DNA from: a virus
Direction: 5' to 3' (one strand)
Length of the DNA: 64,000 bases
IMG/VR virus record: IMGVR_UViG_3300037322_000275
Coordinates: 29,082-93,081 of that record
A program made the translations under genes and the position numbers. Under the pieces are notes generated by a model. That model was given only the letters and a program-made list of their open reading frames with translations. It was not told where the DNA came from and did no database searches. Below are positions 20,301 to 29,740 of this stretch, piece by piece (position 1 is the stretch's first letter; each line of letters opens with the position of its first letter).

Positions 20301-21158
20301 TTACTTTTTATTAATTAAATATTCTTTTACTAAAGATAAACACATATCTTTTGTTTTTTGAGGACAGTTAGGATATTCAGGGTGACCTTGAATACATAAT
20401 GCTTTTGTATTAGGATAATATACAATTTCACATTCTAAAAAATCTGCAGATCTCTTTATTTCTTCATCATTTCCATTTAGATATGTTGAACTGTTAAAAT
20501 ACTTAGAATGAGCAATAATTTTGTAGTTTAATTGTGACATTTCAAAGGGAAACATCATTTGATGATGTGTTGAAGTTATTTCATAACTCTTTCCTTTTTG
20601 GTCTTCTATTTCATGGTTTCTACCGTGACCTGTAACGTGTTGGATCAACTTACCACCAGAATAAACTGTTAAAAATTGAGAACCTCTACATATTCCTAGT
20701 TTTGGTACGTTATAGTAATTATTCAATATTGATTCTTCAAGATTATCTCTTGTTTTGTTACAACTTGTATATTTACCTTTATTTTCACCATAAATTTCAG
20801 TAGAAACATCTTCACCACCTGTAAACAAAACTAAATCTACTTTTTCTGAATTTATCTCACCATGTTTTAGAACTGTAATGTCAAAACATTCAGACAACCA
20901 TTTTATTTCTTCTTCTGCAGAATTGTTGTTTGCAACTAAAATGTTTAAAGCTATCTTTTTTTTATCTACAGGATTTTCATGTTCTTCATCAAAACCGTTT
21001 TCCACAATATATTGTGCTTTTTCTTTATGCCCAATACCAGGAATTTTTTCATAATCTTGTGCAGAAATACTATGATTAATGTAATTTGCAATTTGTTCTT
21101 TATCGTTTTGAAATGCTTCCTTTATAGAGCAAAGAAACATTTTTAAATTATCTTCCAT
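20301..21158 (-). CDS. Class I GATase / peptidase C26 (gamma-glutamyl hydrolase-like), copy 1
   Basis: TGGEDV, GICRGSQ, STHHQ, QGHPE (Cys-His-Glu triad). Confidence 0.88.
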   Translation of the reverse strand: MEDNLKMFLCSIKEAFQNDKEQIANYINHSISAQDYEKIPGIGHKEKAQYIVENGFDEEHENPVDKKKIALNILVANNNSAEEEIKWLSECFDITVLKHGEINSEKVDLVLFTGGEDVSTEIYGENKGKYTSCNKTRDNLEESILNNYYNVPKLGICRGSQFLTVYSGGKLIQHVTGHGRNHEIEDQKGKSYEITSTHHQMMFPFEMSQLNYKIIAHSKYFNSSTYLNGNDEEIKRSADFLECEIVYYPNTKALCIQGHPEYPNCPQKTKDMCLSLVKEYLINKK

Positions 21159-21159
21159 T

Positions 21160-21522
21160 TTATCTTTTATTTTTTATTATACACATTACTCTTTTACTTC
21201 TGTTTGTACTTATATATGCTTGTTTCAACAAAAAATCATTCTTATCAAAACAGTTTTCAATAGTTTCCAGATATTTTTGACAAAATTCAATTACAAAATT
21301 TCTGTTTTTACCAATAACTTTAGTTATTTCTCTAAATTGTTCAAGTATTTTTTCTCTGTCTTCTAAACTAAACAAAGTTTCAATTCTACCTATTGTACAG
21401 TGTTGACAGTTGTAAAAAGGAGATTCACTAACTAACAAAGCACCATATTTATTTGAGTTCCATGTTCTTGGAAAGGTAGCATTTATTAAAATAAAGTCTT
21501 CTTGTTTAATAACATTATCCAT
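21160..21522 (-). CDS. Hypothetical protein inside the ligase cluster
   Basis: 120 aa; SESPFYNCQ...YISTNRSKRVMCII; weak similarity to the C-half of 30232-30834. Confidence 0.7.
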   Translation of the reverse strand: MDNVIKQEDFILINATFPRTWNSNKYGALLVSESPFYNCQHCTIGRIETLFSLEDREKILEQFREITKVIGKNRNFVIEFCQKYLETIENCFDKNDFLLKQAYISTNRSKRVMCIIKNKR

Positions 21523-22363
21523 TTATTTTACGTTTAATAATTTTAGGAATTTCTTCAATATATTTTTTAGCACATACAGACAATTCTCCACTACCATTAT
21601 CCATAGATGAAGCACTATTACATTCTAGTAATATAAAATCTTGATATTCTCTTTTATCACCATTTTTATCTATAGGTGATTGAACTTTTACATCAAAAGA
21701 AAGTAAATCAGCACCTATTGCTACTAAGGCATTTACACAATTTGCAACAATATCATCCCAACTATTTGGTTTGTAAAATTCAACAGAATCTTCTAAAAAC
21801 CACACACAAATATCATCGTGTCTTCTCCACTTTTGGTCTTCAGGTACATCTTTTTTTAATGCTTTTCTACAAGTGTAAAAACAACCATCTTCTGTGATGT
21901 GTAATCTGAATTCGTGACCATAGTTAAAAAACTTTTCAAAGATGTAATTATTTACATTTTTACCAGTTTTCCACTGTTGAAATTCTTCTATAGATTTAAT
22001 TAATGTGTTACCTCTACCTTTAGAACCAAAGTGAGATTTTGCAACAATTGGAAATTCTGGAAGATTGTTTTCTTCAGCTGTTAAGTCACTTCCAGAAAGC
22101 CACATTGCTGTCTTAATACCTGCTTCTGTAAACTTCTTTTTCATCAGTAATTTAGAAGCTGAATTCTTAATTGATTCAACCGTGTTAATTTCTACACGGT
22201 TACCTCCATTTGCTATTGTGTCTCCACATTCTGTTGACGAGCCAAGTCTTATTACAGAACGAACTGAAGACAATTCAATATTTTTTGATTTCAATCTAAG
22301 ACAATCGTGTGAAGGATGTCTTGACAAGACTAATGGTCTAAATAAAGTGAGTTTCTTTTTCAA
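21515..22363 (-). CDS. ATP-grasp amide/peptide ligase (RimK/YheCD-like)
   Basis: PIVAKSHFGSKGRG, FEKF, EFRLH, FDVK, LECNSA. Confidence 0.88.
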   Translation of the reverse strand: MKKKLTLFRPLVLSRHPSHDCLRLKSKNIELSSVRSVIRLGSSTECGDTIANGGNRVEINTVESIKNSASKLLMKKKFTEAGIKTAMWLSGSDLTAEENNLPEFPIVAKSHFGSKGRGNTLIKSIEEFQQWKTGKNVNNYIFEKFFNYGHEFRLHITEDGCFYTCRKALKKDVPEDQKWRRHDDICVWFLEDSVEFYKPNSWDDIVANCVNALVAIGADLLSFDVKVQSPIDKNGDKREYQDFILLECNSASSMDNGSGELSVCAKKYIEEIPKIIKRKING

Positions 22364-22364
22364 T

Positions 22365-23054
22365 TTAGTTGTTTTTTAAAGTTAAAAGATAGTGGATACA
22401 GGTTACTGAAAATTTGTCATAAATTTCCTCAACGTGCCACTGTGTTGTGATTGCAGGGTAATTTGGTAAATAGGATAAAGCTTCAATTTCTTGAGTATAT
22501 TCTTTTACTTTAACATCTTTTGGTGCATAATAACCAAGTACAACAGCATTTTCAGGAACTGAAGCAACTGTTTGATGGTGAATACTGTTTACACTAAAAG
22601 TTTGATTTGATAATTCAGGTATTTCAAACACATTGTTTGTGCAATGTATTTTGTGAACAAGATCTTTCCTAGAAGAAGTATTTTGTTCGTGATGCATATC
22701 TTGTTTTATTTTAGCACCAAAATATACAGCTAATGATTGATGACCTCGACAAGTTCCCCAAATTGGGGTTCTTTGTGCAATGTACTTTGGTAAAAGAACT
22801 TGATCAAATCTTTCTCTGTACATACATGGTGCACCAGTACTAAAGTTAATGTCTTCACCTGGTTCCAAGTATCTCCACGGTGCAACATCTGGACCACCTG
22901 GCAATACCAACAAATCTAAATCTCTGACTTCTTTATCAAATGGAGTTATCAATATAACTTCACCAAAGTAACTAAAGAAATTTACATAAGGTAATGTAAT
23001 TCCAAAACTATTTCCACCTGTTAATACGTGTCCTACGATTCCTATTTTTTTCAT
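22365..23054 (-). CDS. Class I GATase / peptidase C26 (PuuD-like), copy 2
   Basis: LPGGPDV, GTCRGHQ, VNSIHHQ, QWHVE. Confidence 0.88.
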   Translation of the reverse strand: MKKIGIVGHVLTGGNSFGITLPYVNFFSYFGEVILITPFDKEVRDLDLLVLPGGPDVAPWRYLEPGEDINFSTGAPCMYRERFDQVLLPKYIAQRTPIWGTCRGHQSLAVYFGAKIKQDMHHEQNTSSRKDLVHKIHCTNNVFEIPELSNQTFSVNSIHHQTVASVPENAVVLGYYAPKDVKVKEYTQEIEALSYLPNYPAITTQWHVEEIYDKFSVTCIHYLLTLKNN

Positions 23055-23070
23055 CTTTTTTGTATTTTTA

Positions 23071-23241
23071 TTATTTTTTATTTATAATTTTATCTTGCTC
23101 TGTTAAAGAAATACCACTAAGTTTATTAGACAGTAACCCACACGTTACACACCAAGTTACACCAAATTCATTATCTCTTAATTTGTGTTTACCTTTATCA
23201 CATTGAGATCTTCGTAACCAGTATATTTCTCTTGTTAGCAT
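23071..23241 (-). CDS. Small putative zinc-binding protein (56 aa, not in ORF track)
   Basis: MLTREIYWLRRSQCDKGKHKLRDNEFGVTWCVTCG...; C-x4-H-x11-C-x2-C. Confidence 0.55.
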   Translation of the reverse strand: MLTREIYWLRRSQCDKGKHKLRDNEFGVTWCVTCGLLSNKLSGISLTEQDKIINKK

Positions 23242-23303
23242 ATTTTTATTATTTTTAATTGTATTGTACAGCTTTACCTTATTTCTGTAGAATGTTGTCT
23301 TTA

Positions 23304-23792
23304 TTAGTCAAATAAAGTACATTTTTTATTTTCCCACCAGAACAACAACATTCCTTCGTTTTTTTTGTTAAATTTTTCTACGTAATACTCAGGAGTAAAT
23401 ATGGCATCATCTTGAACGTATAAAGAAGCAAATGTAAAGTTTGTAACACTAAAATCTACAAGAGTATCGTATAACGTCTTAAAATTTCTGCCTCTAAGTA
23501 CACCACTATCAATAAAAATGTAATGTGTATCTTTTTGTAAATCAAAGACAAAATCTTTACAATAACTTGGATATTCTTTTTCAAAAGGAGTATTGGGAAA
23601 GGGTATATCAAAATTAATCATTGTTAAAGGATTATCAAAATATGCATGAATTACTTGTTGCGAAATAATAGACGAATAATCTGGACTACAATTTACAACT
23701 ATTGTATTTCTAGTTACTATAGGTTTTAGCCACTCTATTAATTCTTTAATATCTCTTTTTTCTTTTTTTTGATTTATTTTAAAGTATTTCAT
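23304..23792 (-). CDS. Type I phosphoribosyltransferase-like protein
   Basis: YIFIDSGVLRGRNF resembles a PRPP-binding loop; FASLY...TPEYY and C-terminal FWWE as in HPRT/XPRT-like proteins. Confidence 0.6.
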   Translation of the reverse strand: MKYFKINQKKEKRDIKELIEWLKPIVTRNTIVVNCSPDYSSIISQQVIHAYFDNPLTMINFDIPFPNTPFEKEYPSYCKDFVFDLQKDTHYIFIDSGVLRGRNFKTLYDTLVDFSVTNFTFASLYVQDDAIFTPEYYVEKFNKKNEGMLLFWWENKKCTLFD

Positions 23793-23804
23793 AGTTTTAG
23801 TTAT

Positions 23805-24209
23805 TTAATTATTACTAAGACTTCGGTATCGTGTTTTCAAATCTCTAAATTCTTTCCAATCTCCAGATTCTACTAATTGAGACGCGGGTATTTCATCTAC
23901 ATATACATAAGTAGATGCTTCACCATAAGGTGTGTTAATTTTAATTTTGTCATAAAATGTGGCAGGTCTATCTTGAGAATAACCTTCTAGACCATCTATT
24001 CGTGAAGCTTCTAAAGCATCTACTTCATAGACTTCCATAACTACAGGTGTTGTACCTTCCTGTTTTAATCCTGGATAGCCTCCTAAAGAATATAAGGAAT
24101 ACTCAGGTTCTGTTGTGAAGGTTCCTAAGAATTTAGCATGTGTTAAATAATGATCATTTCCCATGTCTTTTCTAAGTGAGCCATAAACACTAACTAATCT
24201 TTTTGTCAT
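23805..24209 (-). CDS. Gamma-glutamylcyclotransferase (AIG2-like)
   Basis: VYGSLRK, GGYPGL, EVYEV, IDGLEG (catalytic Glu), SGDW. Confidence 0.9.
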   Translation of the reverse strand: MTKRLVSVYGSLRKDMGNDHYLTHAKFLGTFTTEPEYSLYSLGGYPGLKQEGTTPVVMEVYEVDALEASRIDGLEGYSQDRPATFYDKIKINTPYGEASTYVYVDEIPASQLVESGDWKEFRDLKTRYRSLSNN

Positions 24210-24220
24210 TTTTTTTATAT

Positions 24221-24823
24221 TTAAGTTGTTATATTCTTTTTTGAAAGTATATCTGTGTAATGTTCACCAAGAGTTGTTTTTTTTTCAGTAATTGTCTGTA
24301 AAAAATCAACCCAATCGCCATCTCTAACTAAAACGTCAGACTTAGTAATTGTACCTTCCCAAAAATAAATAAAAATTTCACCAAAAGGTGATCCTACACA
24401 GTGTCTTGTAAAGTAGTTGGTTTCAGGAAATATGTTACCTTCATCAAATCCATTAAATAAATCTAAAGTTTCTAGAACACTTTGTGTAACTGAAAATACT
24501 TCAACTAAAATAGAATGATCACCTTTAACTAAAGCTGAAATCATATCTATATCAATTTTATACAACGAATATTCAGGTTCTGTGTAATAAGAACCTACAA
24601 AAAGAGTATCCATTCCTTTTCTTGAAATGTCTCGGTGTTCAACAGTTGATTTTCTATAGTCACCATAGAAACCTACTAAAAATCTTTTTTCCATGTTATT
24701 ATTTGTTGGTTGTTTTAATTGTCTTTTTTCTTCTCTTTTTTTAAGTCTATTTTGTGTTTTGGCTTTCGCCATTTCACTGTACTTTTCTTTGTTTTTAGTT
24801 TTTGCTCTTTTACTTCTTCCCAT
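24221..24823 (-). CDS. Second GGCT-like protein, degenerate, with basic N-terminal extension
   Basis: FYGDYRK, TEPEYSLY (shared with neighbour), VEVFSV, LDLFNG (no Glu), DGDW. Confidence 0.75.
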   Translation of the reverse strand: MGRSKRAKTKNKEKYSEMAKAKTQNRLKKREEKRQLKQPTNNNMEKRFLVGFYGDYRKSTVEHRDISRKGMDTLFVGSYYTEPEYSLYKIDIDMISALVKGDHSILVEVFSVTQSVLETLDLFNGFDEGNIFPETNYFTRHCVGSPFGEIFIYFWEGTITKSDVLVRDGDWVDFLQTITEKKTTLGEHYTDILSKKNITT

Positions 24824-24824
24824 T

Positions 24825-25859
24825 TTAAAAAGGTAATAATGTTTCGTATAATAATATTTGTTTTGCTGCATCTTTACCAAAGTTTTTTACTAGATCTGAA
24901 GGATCTTTTGACTGATATGTTGTTGGAATAAAACAATCAACAAGTCCAAAATCTTTAGAAATTTTATCTGCAAACTTTCTTCCCCAGTTAATTTCGGCAT
25001 CAAAATCATTGTCATATAGTAATGAAATATCTTTAAAACGATCTTTCAACTGATCAAAAACATGTCTTTTTGGTAAAATGTTTTCACATTGTAATGCTAC
25101 AGAAGGTAATCCTAATAAACTATCGATAACCATAACATCTTTTAATGACTTAGTAATTACTAAATCTGCTCCTTGTTGTGGAAGTTGTTCCCAACCTTGC
25201 CATACAGAACTGTCATGATTAGTTATCCATTTAAATTTTTCATTAAAAGGTTGATATATTTTGTATGTTTCAACTTTGTCTTTAATTTCTATAAAAACGT
25301 AGGCATGCTTATCTGCAAGATATGGTGTGTCATTTATAAAAAAGTAATCTATTGCTTCTACTCTATATTTTTCAAGAGTTTTTTTACTTATTTCAAAACT
25401 TTCCCAAAATAAAACATCATGTACTTGCCACTTGCGATTTCTTTTTTGAATCTTGTAACTTACTGACTTTGCAATTAAATCTGTTCTATTTAGTTTAGAA
25501 AAATTGTTGTTTAAAAGTTTTGTTTTTTCCATTTTTTTTAGAACAAAAAATTCTTCTAACTCAAAATCTACACCAATTTTACTCAATGCTTCCCAATAAG
25601 TTAAACTGAATTTCATTTGTACAAACTTTACAAAGTCTCCACCACCTAATTTAAAGTCGTTAAAACACACTTCATTTCCTTCTCCAATAAAGAAACCAAA
25701 AGAAGGAGTTCCTTCATTTCTAAAAGGAGAAATATTTGGTTTACCACCAATACTAATATCAAAATCAACATATTTTCTGTATATATCAATATCTTGATAA
25801 TGTTGTAATATTCCTTTTTTGGAAATCATTTCCTTTTCTACATTTAAATCTATTTTCAT
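24825..25859 (-). CDS. DNA primase (crAss-type DnaG/TOPRIM)
   Basis: SPFRNEGTPSF (Cys-less Zn-finger-like), ITKSLKD, LYDND, KDPSD. Confidence 0.85.
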   Translation of the reverse strand: MKIDLNVEKEMISKKGILQHYQDIDIYRKYVDFDISIGGKPNISPFRNEGTPSFGFFIGEGNEVCFNDFKLGGGDFVKFVQMKFSLTYWEALSKIGVDFELEEFFVLKKMEKTKLLNNNFSKLNRTDLIAKSVSYKIQKRNRKWQVHDVLFWESFEISKKTLEKYRVEAIDYFFINDTPYLADKHAYVFIEIKDKVETYKIYQPFNEKFKWITNHDSSVWQGWEQLPQQGADLVITKSLKDVMVIDSLLGLPSVALQCENILPKRHVFDQLKDRFKDISLLYDNDFDAEINWGRKFADKISKDFGLVDCFIPTTYQSKDPSDLVKNFGKDAAKQILLYETLLPF

Positions 25860-25897
25860 ATTAAACTTTTCATAATTTATTTAACTTTAGTTAATAT

Positions 25898-25992
25898 TGA
25901 TGTCGAGACAGGATTCGAACCTGTACGAGAATAAACCATTCCTTTTATTTCTCTATCTGTTAATTAGCGTCTACCAATTCCGCCACTCGACA
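25898..25992 (-). ncRNA. tRNA-like element with Leu-type D arm and no canonical anticodon arm
   Basis: Acceptor TGTCGAG/CTCGACA; D arm GCGGAATTGGTAGACGC; T arm ACAGG-TTCGAAT-CCTGT. Confidence 0.7.
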
Positions 25993-26030
25993 ACCATTAT
26001 AGATTATTTACTAATCTACAATATTATAGA

Positions 26031-26600
26031 TTATCCCCAAGGATCATCACTTTTTTTAGCACTATTTCCATCAGAGTCAGGAAGTGGTGCATCTGCAACA
26101 GGTCTTTCCATAATATCTGTGGCAGAACTTTTTAATCTACTGAATTCTACATTTGTAGGTTCAATAAAATTAAAAGTTCTTAATCCTAGATATTTAGCCA
26201 GTTTTTGTTGACCTACATAACCGTAGGTTACAAACACATTAACTTTTACACCTTCACAGTTGTCTTTAATAATTTTAAATAAACTATTTACAGCTTCACT
26301 GTAACTGTTAACTATAGGATACACAAAATCTGCAGGTAAAACTGCTTTTGCAATTGACTTAATTCTTTGAATTGTTTGTGTCTGACGTTTTTCATCATCT
26401 GACTCATCAAAGTAAAAGCCCTGATTGATAGGTGTACCACCTGAATTATCTGTTACAATTAACTTGTAAGGTGGGTTTTTGTCTGGCTCGTCAGCTTTAC
26501 GTTTTTCTATGCTAACTAAAACATTTTCTACTTTTCCAGCAGATCCATTGTTGAATACTGAGATTGCAGTATTATCGTAATCATTTAAATTAAAGCTCAT
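26031..26600 (-). CDS. Putative single-stranded DNA-binding protein
   Basis: Follows the AAA ATPase; beta-rich body with flexible acidic tail ending DDPWG. Confidence 0.6.
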   Translation of the reverse strand: MSFNLNDYDNTAISVFNNGSAGKVENVLVSIEKRKADEPDKNPPYKLIVTDNSGGTPINQGFYFDESDDEKRQTQTIQRIKSIAKAVLPADFVYPIVNSYSEAVNSLFKIIKDNCEGVKVNVFVTYGYVGQQKLAKYLGLRTFNFIEPTNVEFSRLKSSATDIMERPVADAPLPDSDGNSAKKSDDPWG

Positions 26601-26671
26601 ATATTATATTTTTATTTATTTGGCGTGTATGTATTACTTTTTATAGAAGTATAACTATTGTTTATTTATTT

Positions 26672-27433
26672 TTAAATAAAAATTTGTGACCAGTCAATTG
26701 TTAGTTTACCAGAATCATCTGATTCAATTAATGTGATCTTTTTATTTTTTAAATGCTCACTACGTGAACCACAAATTAAAGAGTCTGAAGGTGTAAAGTT
26801 AACGATTGTTTTGTTTTCATCTCGATATAAATATCCAATCGCATCTACTTGAGAACATAAGATTGACGCGGATTTACCTATTAAATCGAGACCTCTTTCA
26901 GTCATTTCTTTTCCTTCTTTTTCTACAAATTTATCTTTTAAATGTCCTAAAATAATTAGTGTTTCAAAACAATTTTCTAATTCTTCTAAAACCATCCATA
27001 AAGCTTTTCTAGTGTATTGATAACCTGCTCCATTTGGGAGTTGAGTAACATCATCACCAATCCAATTACGACCTTGAGCTGTTTGAGTGTACAACTTATT
27101 TGCGACTACTAAAACCATATCTTCAAGTGCTGTAACAGTATCGATTGCACCGTATTTGTAGACATAACTACCTTTTTCTTTGTTTGCTTCTTGTATTTTA
27201 TTAATTACTTCTTTTAGAATGGAAATAGGTGCTTTATCGCTTTCTTTAGCTAATTTTAGAACGTCAATTTTCATTGCTTCTACAAAATTTGCACCTCCTT
27301 CTAAGTCTATCAATAAGCAATTTTCTAAAGAACTTAAAGCTTGCGTTTTTCCAACTTTAGGTTTACTAAATAAAATCAATTTTTTTGGATTAATTCTATC
27401 TATCTTTCCTTTTTTACTTGGTAATTCAATCAT
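26672..27433 (-). CDS. AAA_24 / Sak4-like ATPase
   Basis: SKPKVGKT Walker A, IDLEGG, IDTVT, LGH. Confidence 0.85.
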   Translation of the reverse strand: MIELPSKKGKIDRINPKKLILFSKPKVGKTQALSSLENCLLIDLEGGANFVEAMKIDVLKLAKESDKAPISILKEVINKIQEANKEKGSYVYKYGAIDTVTALEDMVLVVANKLYTQTAQGRNWIGDDVTQLPNGAGYQYTRKALWMVLEELENCFETLIILGHLKDKFVEKEGKEMTERGLDLIGKSASILCSQVDAIGYLYRDENKTIVNFTPSDSLICGSRSEHLKNKKITLIESDDSGKLTIDWSQIFI

Positions 27434-27504
27434 TTTTTATCTTCCGACCTACCATATACCTCTAATTAATTGTTAATAACTAATTTGTATATTTTTGTAA
27501 ATTT

Positions 27505-27978
27505 TTAAATATTTTTCATTTGTAAATCTAATTTAGGAAACAGATCTGCAATATTATAATCTGCAAAACAACTAGACCTTCCATACCGACATAGTGATCT
27601 CAAATTTGATTTTCTTATGTTTCCACAATAACCAATACTAAGATATACTCCATCTTTGTTTTTTTCCTTTTCCACATTTAATAAATGTGTAATTGATTCT
27701 TGTATTGTAATTTCTGGAAAATAGTTTTTTGATAGCTTAAAGAAATCATCAAAACTACGGTACTTATAATCGTTTTGTGTTTCACAATGTACCTGATTGT
27801 CTCTGTAAAAAGTACTTTTTTGTTCTCTTGGTAATATTCCTCTTAATCCAAGTCCAAAAAGATTTCTAAAAATATCATCTAATGAATCAATAATAACATC
27901 TTCTCTAAATTTTATTTTTCTTACTTTTGAAAAATATATTTCAACATCTTCAATTGTTTTTACATTTCGTTTTATCAT
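27505..27978 (-). CDS. Unknown paralog family, member A
   Basis: STFY...HCE...KYRSFDD...KNYFPE...GYCGNI. Confidence 0.75.
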   Translation of the reverse strand: MIKRNVKTIEDVEIYFSKVRKIKFREDVIIDSLDDIFRNLFGLGLRGILPREQKSTFYRDNQVHCETQNDYKYRSFDDFFKLSKNYFPEITIQESITHLLNVEKEKNKDGVYLSIGYCGNIRKSNLRSLCRYGRSSCFADYNIADLFPKLDLQMKNI

Positions 27979-28535
27979 TATTTTTTATTAAAGAAATTAT
28001 GAATTGGTGAGTATTTTTCTTCACTAAATTTAAAATTTTCTAGTTCTTCTGTTGTTCGTAACTTTAAATCACTTTTTTCATTATTTCTGAGGTCATGATT
28101 TGTATTGTTTACAGTAAAAAAAACTTCGTTATAACTTTCCATAAGACTTAACAAAAAATCTTCACTATCTTTTTTATCTGTAAAACTTTTAAGAAATTTA
28201 ACAGTTAATCTGTGATTTGAGTGACCTTGTTCAAAAAGAAACCTAAATAAAGTAGTAAAGATTTTCAACATATAAAAATCTTTAAAATTGCTAACTTTAA
28301 TGTGATCTTCTGTACACCATTCAATAATACATTTGAAAATCTTTTCTAACATTAAGATGTATTCTTTTGTATACGCTAATGTTTCTTTTCTTAAGAAATA
28401 CTTTAATTCTAAAGCACAATCTTTATCAAAGTCTGTTTTTTGAATTCTAGAGTAACACATTGCAGACGATTCTAGACAATTTATAGAACCATATTTAAAA
28501 TAAACATAGTTTTCAGAAAAACTATGATCTTTCAT
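27978..28535 (-). CDS. Hypothetical protein
   Basis: 185 aa; MCYS...LFRFLFE...NTNH. Confidence 0.7.
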   Translation of the reverse strand: MKDHSFSENYVYFKYGSINCLESSAMCYSRIQKTDFDKDCALELKYFLRKETLAYTKEYILMLEKIFKCIIEWCTEDHIKVSNFKDFYMLKIFTTLFRFLFEQGHSNHRLTVKFLKSFTDKKDSEDFLLSLMESYNEVFFTVNNTNHDLRNNEKSDLKLRTTEELENFKFSEEKYSPIHNFFNKK

Positions 28536-28553
28536 TTGTTTTTTTTCTCATTT

Positions 28554-29660
28554 TTATTTGTTTTTTATAAATTTGTATACTTTTTCCATTTTTTCAGTGT
28601 TTTTTGAGTCAGGTAATTCTGAAAAAAAGTTAACTGCGCCATCAAAATATAATGGACAAACATTACCTGCACCACCGTCACGACTACCCATGATTTCTAA
28701 AAATCTAATATTGTCTTTTAATTGTTTAATATCGTATCCAAAGTATTCAGGAATTTCATGACGATAAGGACTAAATAAACCAAGCATGACATTTGCATCT
28801 CTACCTGTAAGTTTATTATCACCTAGACCATCCATTGTGGGTTTAAGACGATTTGCCTTTTTGTTTTCAATACCTTCCTGTGCAGAACTCTGCTGTTGTA
28901 TAACTACAGGTATATAATTAAATCTGTTTCTAAGCTTAATTAAATAGTCTGAAGATAATACTGAAATACTTTGATGAAGATTCATTTGTTCACCATTTCT
29001 TTTTTCTGTTGAAATAAGTGAAATGTGGTCAATAACAATCATTACATATTCATCAGGATCGTTTGCTTCATAATAGTCCTCAATAGTTGTTGTTTTACCT
29101 TTAATTTCAATGTCACGGTAATGTAATTTACCATTAGCTAGAGCATATTCTCTAACTAGGTTGTACATACCAAAACCATTTCTAATATCATCTACAAACT
29201 CTACAACTTCTTCAATTTTGTCAAAGTATTCTTTATATTTTGAAAGAATTTGTAAAACTTCTTCTGAAAGAACCTTTTTTGAATTTGTAGATTTTAAATC
29301 TGTTGGTGAAATTCTAATTCCTTCTTTAACATACAGAATATTTGCAAAACAAGATAACATTTTTTCTTCCTTAGACATTTCAAGACTAAAGTAAAAAACT
29401 TTTAATCTTATGTTAAGACCATTATCTAGTATTTGTTGTACTGTATTATAAAGAAATAACCAGTCTGTGATTTGTGTTTTACCAACCTTCTGGTTTGCTG
29501 AAATTAGGTAATACTTACCTTGTTCTATTCCTGGTGAACTGTTTTCAAATCGAGGCAATCCCCATGGAATACAGTTCACTTTACCATCTAATATTCTTTC
29601 TCTCTTTTGTTTTATATTACTATAAACTCTTGAAAATAAACTATCATTTTCTTTTTTCAT
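28554..29660 (-). CDS. dnaB: DnaB-like replicative helicase
   Basis: ANQKVGKT, FSLEMS, IDHISL, VIQQ, DANVMLGL, SRDG. Confidence 0.88.
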   Translation of the reverse strand: MKKENDSLFSRVYSNIKQKRERILDGKVNCIPWGLPRFENSSPGIEQGKYYLISANQKVGKTQITDWLFLYNTVQQILDNGLNIRLKVFYFSLEMSKEEKMLSCFANILYVKEGIRISPTDLKSTNSKKVLSEEVLQILSKYKEYFDKIEEVVEFVDDIRNGFGMYNLVREYALANGKLHYRDIEIKGKTTTIEDYYEANDPDEYVMIVIDHISLISTEKRNGEQMNLHQSISVLSSDYLIKLRNRFNYIPVVIQQQSSAQEGIENKKANRLKPTMDGLGDNKLTGRDANVMLGLFSPYRHEIPEYFGYDIKQLKDNIRFLEIMGSRDGGAGNVCPLYFDGAVNFFSELPDSKNTEKMEKVYKFIKNK

Positions 29661-29740
29661 TAATTTTATTAGTGTTTACTAATAATCTCTTTGATTTTTG
29701 TTTATTTGTATAGTTTTTAATAATTATTAAGATTACTAAA

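Noticed and set aside
24825-25859. Inactive primase (no Zn-finger Cys; TKS in place of EG)
   Set aside because: Matches the variant I recognise in crAss-type primases; DxD is retained and the gene is intact
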